This document shows positions 35,619 through 42,242 of a DNA stretch of 42,242 nt, in pieces. The notes under the pieces are model-generated. The model was not told where the DNA came from. It ran no database searches and saw only the letters and a list, made by a program, of their open reading frames with translations. The DNA lies in the IMG/VR virus record IMGVR_UViG_3300017766_001517, positions 1 through 42,242 of that record; one strand, written 5' to 3'. A program made the position numbers and the translations under genes. This DNA comes from a virus. Lineage: Duplodnaviria; Caudoviricetes. Each line of letters opens with the position of its first letter. Positions within the stretch are counted from its first letter, which is position 1.

Positions 35619-35957
35619 ATGAGCGCATCGACTACCGTAAGCCAAGACACTAGCCGGAGATGGACGCGAGAGTTGCCGACGGAAGCTGGCTGGTATTGGT
35701 ATCGCGGCGAGCATTACTCATCGCGTGGCGAGTTGGTTGTGGCTGAGATTGTGGTTGATCGGCTGCATGGCGACGAGTTGAGCATATGGGTTCCGCATAT
35801 GGACTTCGATGAACCGCTGTCGGTGTTCGTGGATGAAACCGAAGGCGAGTGGTGTGGGCCGATTGCGTTGCCGCCAGACACGGAAGCTGACGCGCCGTTG
35901 GCTGAGTTGCCGTTGCTGGATTCTCAGGATTCACAGGGGGCTGAATGCCGCGATTGA
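35619..35957 (+). CDS. hypothetical protein
   Basis: WTRELPTEAGWYWY...WCGPI..P motif; start uncertain (35592/35619). Confidence 0.65.
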   Translation: MSASTTVSQDTSRRWTRELPTEAGWYWYRGEHYSSRGELVVAEIVVDRLHGDELSIWVPHMDFDEPLSVFVDETEGEWCGPIALPPDTEADAPLAELPLLDSQDSQGAECRD

Positions 35958-36433
35958 GTGAACTGGCCGCACAGGAAATGGGGGGTGGATTGAGGCCGTC
36001 AGTCGGCGGTATCGGTATCGCCCCGTATGGCGTTCGTCACGATGGCAGTGGCGCGAAGAGTTCCGGTTACATGGGTGCGCTTCCGGCTGCCGGCGGTGTA
36101 GCGACAGAATATTCGATAGGCGTGGACATTGGTGGTCAACCGGTAGAGGTGCCTTCGATTGTGCCAACACTGACGCCGGACGAGTTGCGCAGCGTATTGA
36201 GCGGGCAGATGACGGAGGGCGTTGCGCGCAAAGCTCGTGAATACGCGCTGGCGCGAGTCAATGCTGGGCGCAGTCCGTTTGCCGGGCCGCAGGAGTTGAG
36301 GTCAGCCCCCGGCGCGGTGATGCCGTTCAAGGGTGGTGCGATACCTGGGGTTAATGGGTCGATGCAGCCTGGTGGTGCGCAGCCCGCCCAGCCGTGGCAG
36401 ATGCCGAGTCCGATGATTGGTGGGCGCGGTTAA
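35945..36433 (+). CDS. hypothetical protein
   Basis: R.DGS.K..GY.G...TEYSIGV...PSIVPTL...A...A..R...GRSPF. Confidence 0.7.
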   Translation: MPRLSELAAQEMGGGLRPSVGGIGIAPYGVRHDGSGAKSSGYMGALPAAGGVATEYSIGVDIGGQPVEVPSIVPTLTPDELRSVLSGQMTEGVARKAREYALARVNAGRSPFAGPQELRSAPGAVMPFKGGAIPGVNGSMQPGGAQPAQPWQMPSPMIGGRG

Positions 36434-36434
36434 C

Positions 36435-36590
36435 ATGCAGATACGCGGCCCCGCGCTGGACGACCTTGGCTGCCGGATTGCCGTTGCTGCGTCGTGGACA
36501 TCGCGTGGCAGGTTGATTCGTCGCGCATTTAGTTGCCCGCTGCCGTGGCAGTTTCCAATTCCGTATCAATTCAAGGCGTGGTTCCGCTGA
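36435..36590 (+). CDS. 51-aa hypothetical protein (not in the ORF track), paralog of 38688..38996
   Basis: Starts 1 nt after the upstream stop, TGATG overlap with TerS, and shares a motif with the Tat-signal ORF. Confidence 0.55.
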   Translation: MQIRGPALDDLGCRIAVAASWTSRGRLIRRAFSCPLPWQFPIPYQFKAWFR

Positions 36591-37102
36591 TGGGCGCAAT
36601 CATGCAAGACCGAATCGCCCGGACGCTGGAGAAATTCGCGGACGAGGAGCGGACGCTGGACGAGATTGCGCAGCGCATGGGGGGGGCTGTTGTTGTGGAT
36701 GGTGTGCCCGTGTATCAGGGACTCCCGGAGATATGCAGAGATTGGGACGTTCCATACGGTAGGGTGCTGGCATGGCTGATGGCGGATGCCGAGCGGTATG
36801 CGGTTTATCAGCGGTGCCTGGAGGTGCAGGCGCATTTGCTGGTGGCGGAGACGGTTTCCATTGCCGACGACCCTGTAAACGATGTTGCCCGCGATAAACT
36901 GCGCGTGGAAACCCGCTTCCGTGTCGCCAAGCATCACGCGTCGAAGGTGTATGGCGATAAGGTGGACATCAACCATAACGTGACGCCGACGTTTAACGTG
37001 GTGATTAATGCCGCGCCTAGCATAGCGCCTGTGGAAATGCGCGTGGTGGCTGACGTTGCGCAGGTATTGCCAGTATCGCCAACCGATAGCGCAGTTCTCT
37101 GA
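36590..37102 (+). CDS. terS: terminase small subunit (Sf6/P22-like)
   Basis: L.EIC...P....L.W, IADD...VARDKLRVETR...K..YGDKVD; directly upstream of TerL. Confidence 0.85.
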   Translation: MGAIMQDRIARTLEKFADEERTLDEIAQRMGGAVVVDGVPVYQGLPEICRDWDVPYGRVLAWLMADAERYAVYQRCLEVQAHLLVAETVSIADDPVNDVARDKLRVETRFRVAKHHASKVYGDKVDINHNVTPTFNVVINAAPSIAPVEMRVVADVAQVLPVSPTDSAVL

Positions 37103-38691
37103 TGCAGATCGAGTTGAACCCGAAGCAGGGATTGGCGTTCAACAGCGTGGCGACGGAGTTATTGTTTGGCGGGGCTGCGGGGCCCGGTAAGTCATACGAG
37201 TTGCGCGTGTCCGGCATTCGCTGGTGCATGGAGGTGCCGGGGATTCAGGTGTATTTGTTCCGGCGCACACTGCGCGACTTGCGGGATAACCACTTGCGCG
37301 GGCCGAATAATCTGTTTTCCATGCTGGCAGACCACACGAAGGCTGGGCAGGTGAAGTATCGTGCGCAGGAGAACGAGTTTGAGTTCTGGAACGATTCGCG
37401 GCTGCACCTCTGCTATTGCGACTCCGAGAATGACGTTGAGAATTACCGGGGCGCTGAGATTCATGTGCTGCTGCCGGACGAGTTGACGCATTTCTCTGAT
37501 TTTCAGTATCGCTTCCTGCGTGGCCGCGTTCGTAAGGCGGGGTTGAATATTCCAGCGCAGTATGCCGGTGATTTGGATTACGTGGCGCGTAAGACCGAGG
37601 CGATACGGAAAAACGACAAGGCGCTGATGGCGGAGGTTAAGCGGTTCGAACGCGATCATTTGGAGGCGTTGAATTTCAGCCGTGACGCTCCGAATCCGTT
37701 CCCGAAACTGCCGCGCATCGAGGCTGCGTCGAACCCTGGCTCGATTGGCCACGCATGGGTCAAGCGCACATGGATTGCGCCGCACAAGCCGATGACGCTG
37801 TGGCAGGCCGAGCCGATGGAGGGGGGGATGATTCGTGAATACATCCCCGGCAAATTGGCGGACAACCCGCACCTGATGAAAGATGACCCGGACTATGCCG
37901 ACCGGCTGCGCGGGTCGGGTTCCGAGGACTTGGTTCGCGCCATATTGGACGGCGACTGGAATATTGTGGCGGGGCAAGCGTTCGAGAAACTGCGGCGCGA
38001 CACGCACTGCATACCAGCATTTCCTGAAAACGAACCGCCGCGCGACTGGCTGGTGTTCGGGTCATTCGACTGGGGTTCGTCTAAGCCGTTTTCGTTTGGG
38101 TTGTGGGCGGTCAGCAACGGCGATGCGCTGCCAGATCATTTCGGCGCGAACGCTGGTCGCGTGATTCGGCGCGGCGCTGTTGTTAGGTTCAATGAACTAT
38201 ACGGTTGGAACGGCAAGCCGAACGAAGGTCGGCGCATGGAAGTGTCAGAGGTTGCGAAGGCCATCAAGCAAATGTGCGGCAACCGAAAAATAGCCTACAT
38301 CGCCGCAGACCCGTCTTGCTGGAAAGTCGATGGAGGCCCGTCACACGCGGAATTGATGATGCGCGAGGGCGTGATACTGCGCCGCGCCGATAACTCACGA
38401 CATGCCGGGTATCAGGCGTTGCGGTCACGCATTGCTGGCGACGAGGACGGCCCGATGCTCTATGCAACAGAGAATTGCCACGCTGGGTTTTGGAGAACGA
38501 TGCCGGATATCGTGATGGACGATAAAGATTTCGAGGATATCGACACCGATCAGGAAGATCATTGCGCAGATGATTGTAGATATGCCGTGATGTCTCGCCC
38601 GTGGATGCGCGAGGTCGATAAACCAAAAGAACGAGTCGAGAGATGGTTGCGATTCGATGATGACGACGAAGATTCATGGAGAACGGCATGA
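37102..38691 (+). CDS. terL: terminase large subunit
   Basis: GGAAGPGKS Walker A, LLPDE Walker B, ASNPG, FDWG, ADP, EDHCADDCRY nuclease motifs. Confidence 0.95.
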   Translation: MQIELNPKQGLAFNSVATELLFGGAAGPGKSYELRVSGIRWCMEVPGIQVYLFRRTLRDLRDNHLRGPNNLFSMLADHTKAGQVKYRAQENEFEFWNDSRLHLCYCDSENDVENYRGAEIHVLLPDELTHFSDFQYRFLRGRVRKAGLNIPAQYAGDLDYVARKTEAIRKNDKALMAEVKRFERDHLEALNFSRDAPNPFPKLPRIEAASNPGSIGHAWVKRTWIAPHKPMTLWQAEPMEGGMIREYIPGKLADNPHLMKDDPDYADRLRGSGSEDLVRAILDGDWNIVAGQAFEKLRRDTHCIPAFPENEPPRDWLVFGSFDWGSSKPFSFGLWAVSNGDALPDHFGANAGRVIRRGAVVRFNELYGWNGKPNEGRRMEVSEVAKAIKQMCGNRKIAYIAADPSCWKVDGGPSHAELMMREGVILRRADNSRHAGYQALRSRIAGDEDGPMLYATENCHAGFWRTMPDIVMDDKDFEDIDTDQEDHCADDCRYAVMSRPWMREVDKPKERVERWLRFDDDDEDSWRTA

Positions 38692-38996
38692 TGATGACGC
38701 GCAGATCGTTCCTGAAAACAATGGCCGCAACCCTTGCGATTTCGCACGTTCCGAGCGTTTTAAATCATAGCGTCTTTGGGTCTGAACCAGAGTGGATGAT
38801 AGAGGAATTTGATTGGGGTTCGCGGATTGGAGTTGCCGCGCAGTGGATTGTAAATGGAACTGCAATAAGAAATGCCTATGCGTTTGATTGCATTGGTATT
38901 GGCGACCAGCAAAAACAATTAATGATTGCCTACGCGAAGCAGGCGCTTCGGCAATGGTATCTGGAAAAACAATTAAAAATTAGGAGCGCAGCGTAA
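38688..38996 (+). CDS. small protein with twin-arginine-like N-terminus
   Basis: MMMTRRSFLK matches S/T-R-R-x-F-L-K; ATGA and TAATG overlaps. Confidence 0.7.
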   Translation: MMMTRRSFLKTMAATLAISHVPSVLNHSVFGSEPEWMIEEFDWGSRIGVAAQWIVNGTAIRNAYAFDCIGIGDQQKQLMIAYAKQALRQWYLEKQLKIRSAA

Positions 38997-41377
38997 TGGC
39001 AACCGCACCAAACAGTTACGGCGCAGAGTCGCGCAAGAAAGGCGGAAAGAAATCCGCCGCTCAATCCGCCGCAAACGTCCAACTACCCTCAGTAGCCACA
39101 CAGACGACCGCAAACGGCGACACGGACATCGACCACGGACGGCTGATTACGTGGATTAACGAAACCGAGGACAACACGCTGCACTCGAGGTCGATGTCAG
39201 AGAAATCACGCGATTACTACGATTCTATTCAGTGGACGCCGGAAGAAGTCTCGAAACTGAAAAAGCAGAAACAGTCCGCGACGGTGATTAATCGCATCAA
39301 GCCGAAGATGGATGGCCTGATGGGCATGGAGCGCGTGAACAAGACGACGGCGAAGGCGTTTCCGCGCACACCGAAGCATCAGGGGGCGGCTACTGCGGCA
39401 TCAGAGGCTATCCGCTTCGTCCTGCAAGACAATATGTATGCCGATTGCCGCTCGTCCTCATGGGATAACCTGATTATCGAGGGAACTTGCGGGGCGGAGA
39501 TTCTGGTTAAGAAATCCGGCGTTAAAGGCGATGATTTCAAGATCGTCATCCGCAATCTGATGTGGGACAGGCTGGTGTATGACTCGTTCTCGCGCCGCAA
39601 GGATTTCTCGGATGCGCGGTTTCTTGGGCAAGTCGTGTGGATGGATTACGACGAGGCACTGGCGATGTATCCGGGCACCGAGGACATTCTGGAAAACACG
39701 ATTGGTGGAAACTCGGATACGTGGGATGACAAGCCGCGATGGGCAGACGGCACACGACGCCGCGTGAAGATTGTCGAGTTGTATTATCGGCAGGATGGCG
39801 AGGTTCATTATGCGTGTTTCACGAGAGGCGGATTCCTGAAAGCCCCGAAAGTATCGCCCTACGTCAACGAGGAAGGCGAAACCGAATGGCCGTATGAGTT
39901 CGCGTCGGTTTTTGTGACGCGGGAATGCGAACGGTATGGCGCTGTATTGCAGTTGCTGGACATTCAGGACGAGATTAATAAGCGCCGATCTAAGGCGTTG
40001 CACTTGATGTCTGTGCGGCAAGTGCGCTGGGAGCGCGGTGCCGTCGAGGATATCAATAAGGCGCGGCAGGAATTGGCGAAACCGGATGGCGTGATTGAAA
40101 CGACGCCGGGTATGGAATTCGAGATTCTGAAAACCGGCGACATGGCGACGGCGCAATTCAACCTGCTGACAGAAGCGAAGCAGGAGATTGATGCAGTATC
40201 GTATTCGGCGGCAGCGGCGGGAAAAGAAACTCGCTCGATGTCTGGTGTGGCGTTGCGCTCCCGTGAGATGGCGTCGCAGACTGAGTTAGCCCCGATGTTT
40301 GATGTGCTGAAAAATTACGATGTGCGGATTTATCGAAAGGTCTGGAACCGCATCAAGCAGTATTGGAAGGCGGAAAAGTGGATTCGCGTTACGGATGACG
40401 AGAATAATCTGAAATTCGTGGGACTCAATAAACCGATGACCGCTGGCGAACAGTTGATGCAGAAGGCGCAGGCCGCAGTTCAGGCTGGCCAGATGCCGCC
40501 AGAGCAGTTGCAGCAGTTGCAGCAGCGTATCGCGCAAGACCCTTCGATGCAGCAGATCGTCGGCACCGAAAACGACATTGCAGAGTTGGACATGGACATC
40601 ATCATTGATGACGCGCCGGATGCGATCACCACGCAGGCCGAGGACTTCGCAGTGCTTGGAGAGATGGTCAAGTCAGGATTCCAGATGCCCGCCGAGGCCG
40701 TCATTGAGGCGTCACCGCTAGCCAGCAAGGACAAGATTCTGAAAATGATGCGGGAACAGCGCCAACAGGCTGTTCCTCCGCAGGTTCAGCAACAGATGCA
40801 GAAAATGCAGGAGGATAATCAGAAACTGGCGCAGGAGAATCAGGCGCTGAAAACTGGGCAGCAAGAATCTGCAATGAAAATTAGCGCGCAATACAAGGAG
40901 GGCATGGCCAAGATTGACGTTAATCGCCAGATTCAAGAGGCTCAGATGCTGGTTGATGCACAAACAAACGTTGATGCAGCCATCGAAACCGTCAAGTCGC
41001 TCATCAAGCAGCACGAAACAAAAATCATGGCGATGATCGAGGTCGCAATGGCAAAGGCGGAGGCTGACCGCGAAGTTAATGACGCCCGCATGGAAACCAA
41101 AGTAGCCGGAATGATGCAGCCCGCTGCGGAGGCCGCTGGTGCAGAGGTTGCGGATGTCGAGGTTGAATCTGGTGGCGGTGCCGCCGCATTGCAGCCAGTG
41201 TTGGAGGCCATCGCCATGCAGCATCAGCAGTTCATGGAAGCGATGGGCGGCATGATGGCCGCGTTGCAGGCGAAGAAAAATATCCAGATCATGCGGAATC
41301 CTCAGACCGGGCGTATTGATGGGGCGGAGGTGACGCAGACTGCTGGTGCTGCGCCTGCTGGTGAGGTAGTGGCGTAA
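38996..41377 (+). CDS. portal protein (P22-like, long C-terminal barrel)
   Basis: DYYD..QW, INRIKP, QDEINKRRSK, SGVAL; Q-rich helical C-terminus; follows TerL. Confidence 0.92.
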   Translation: MATAPNSYGAESRKKGGKKSAAQSAANVQLPSVATQTTANGDTDIDHGRLITWINETEDNTLHSRSMSEKSRDYYDSIQWTPEEVSKLKKQKQSATVINRIKPKMDGLMGMERVNKTTAKAFPRTPKHQGAATAASEAIRFVLQDNMYADCRSSSWDNLIIEGTCGAEILVKKSGVKGDDFKIVIRNLMWDRLVYDSFSRRKDFSDARFLGQVVWMDYDEALAMYPGTEDILENTIGGNSDTWDDKPRWADGTRRRVKIVELYYRQDGEVHYACFTRGGFLKAPKVSPYVNEEGETEWPYEFASVFVTRECERYGAVLQLLDIQDEINKRRSKALHLMSVRQVRWERGAVEDINKARQELAKPDGVIETTPGMEFEILKTGDMATAQFNLLTEAKQEIDAVSYSAAAAGKETRSMSGVALRSREMASQTELAPMFDVLKNYDVRIYRKVWNRIKQYWKAEKWIRVTDDENNLKFVGLNKPMTAGEQLMQKAQAAVQAGQMPPEQLQQLQQRIAQDPSMQQIVGTENDIAELDMDIIIDDAPDAITTQAEDFAVLGEMVKSGFQMPAEAVIEASPLASKDKILKMMREQRQQAVPPQVQQQMQKMQEDNQKLAQENQALKTGQQESAMKISAQYKEGMAKIDVNRQIQEAQMLVDAQTNVDAAIETVKSLIKQHETKIMAMIEVAMAKAEADREVNDARMETKVAGMMQPAAEAAGAEVADVEVESGGGAAALQPVLEAIAMQHQQFMEAMGGMMAALQAKKNIQIMRNPQTGRIDGAEVTQTAGAAPAGEVVA

Positions 41378-41745
41378 TGGCCGTCACCGTCACCCACTCG
41401 ACACCCGCAGACGGCACGTTTAGCCAAGAGGGTCAGGCTGCGTGGGATGCAGAACACACCGTCAGCGGCTTACCGTTATCTCCGGTCGATGTGGAAGTCG
41501 ATTTTGGCGCCAAGCCAGTGTATGACGCCGCATTCACCATAACAGACGCTGCAATTACGGCAGCCAGCATCATATCCGCGCAGCCGAGCGGCAAGGTAGC
41601 AACTGGGCGTGTGGCAGGTGATGGTGCGTGGGATGCAATCGCTGTGTCGGTATTACCGGCGACAGGCTCTGCGGTTTTGTATTGCACAGCGAATCCGGGG
41701 CCGGTTGTCGGGCGTCGCATAATTCAATACCAGATTTCTAACTAA
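41377..41745 (+). CDS. putative virion protein
   Basis: V.HS...D...W..EH N-terminus, beta-rich; TAATG coupled to the portal. Confidence 0.7.
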   Translation: MAVTVTHSTPADGTFSQEGQAAWDAEHTVSGLPLSPVDVEVDFGAKPVYDAAFTITDAAITAASIISAQPSGKVATGRVAGDGAWDAIAVSVLPATGSAVLYCTANPGPVVGRRIIQYQISN

Positions 41746-41760
41746 TAACGAGGCAATATC

Positions 41761-42242
41761 ATGGCAGTCATTGACGGCGGCTCAGGTTCAGCGGGAAAGG
41801 CGAATGTAGACGCTAATTTCAATCTGCAATCAAATTTGCCTTATAACACCCCGGCACAAGTGGCGCAGGGTGGTGGTTTGAGTGCGGCAGGTTTTGCCGC
41901 GATGTTGGCTGAGAGCGACCCCGGATTTGTTACCGGAACCCGCTTAGTCCGCCCTCCGGAGGTCAGCCAGGACTATCGCATTCGCGTAGGTATGGACACG
42001 GTGTTGATGAGCGATAGCTTCAATTCGTTAGCCCAGAATACGTCCGTCTGGGCATATACATTCGCCACGATGACCGCATCGCAGCCCGGCGCTGGCACGC
42101 TGAACTTCGGTGTCGTGCAAGGCACCACTAACACGCACGGTGCATTTGTCCGTTCATTCCAGTATTTCCCGCTGTTCGGCACCGCTCCGCTGTCCGCCGA
42201 ATTCACCGCAGGGCAATTCACGGCGGCACTAGTGACAAATGA
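41761..42242 (+). CDS. 5' part of the ~498-aa ORF that continues at 1..1138
   Basis: GAGG RBS, ATG 41761, open to the window end. Confidence 0.8.
   Translation, partial: MAVIDGGSGSAGKANVDANFNLQSNLPYNTPAQVAQGGGLSAAGFAAMLAESDPGFVTGTRLVRPPEVSQDYRIRVGMDTVLMSDSFNSLAQNTSVWAYTFATMTASQPGAGTLNFGVVQGTTNTHGAFVRSFQYFPLFGTAPLSAEFTAGQFTAALVTN
42120..42242. repeat. 123-bp terminal direct repeat, right copy
   Basis: Identical to 1-123. Confidence 0.95.

Noticed and set aside
37555-37710. Intein in TerL
   Set aside because: Too short and lacks C/S start and HN-C/S/T end motifs
37192-40156. Long antisense ORFs (e.g. 37192..38007, 39458..40156)
   Set aside because: Shadows of TerL and portal in GC-rich codon usage, with no motifs or RBS

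Overview
The window looks like a complete ~42.1 kb tailed-phage genome. Bases 1-123 repeat exactly at 42120-42242, which reads as a circular assembly overlap and gives a unit length of 42,119 bp. The architecture is podovirus-like: TerS, TerL, P22-like portal, scaffold, N4-gp56/DUF4043-type major capsid, adaptor, gp10-like tail hub, short fibre, three ejection proteins and a lysis cassette. A leftward early arm carries a YqaJ exonuclease, an SSB/SSAP-like gene and three HNH endonucleases, and a rightward arm ends in a CHC2-TOPRIM-D5/SF3 primase-helicase followed by an iteron origin. The host is probably a Proteobacterium (Rz/Rz1 spanins, proteobacterial-type dif). I see no integrase, S24-type CI repressor or DNA polymerase. 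The main points of interest are: (1) a sugar formyltransferase, DegT aminotransferase, methyltransferase, GT-A glycosyltransferase and TPR-GT9 protein embedded in the head-assembly operon, suggesting phage-encoded virion glycosylation; (2) a near-consensus XerC/XerD dif site in an integrase-less tailed phage; (3) a CCA-ending tRNA-like ncRNA behind two divergent promoters that share one palindromic -35; (4) an antisense tRNA-Asp with U37 inside the lysis cassette, near an Acb4-like gene; and (5) repeated cis-motifs tied to the head genes. All family calls come from motif recognition by eye, with no database search.
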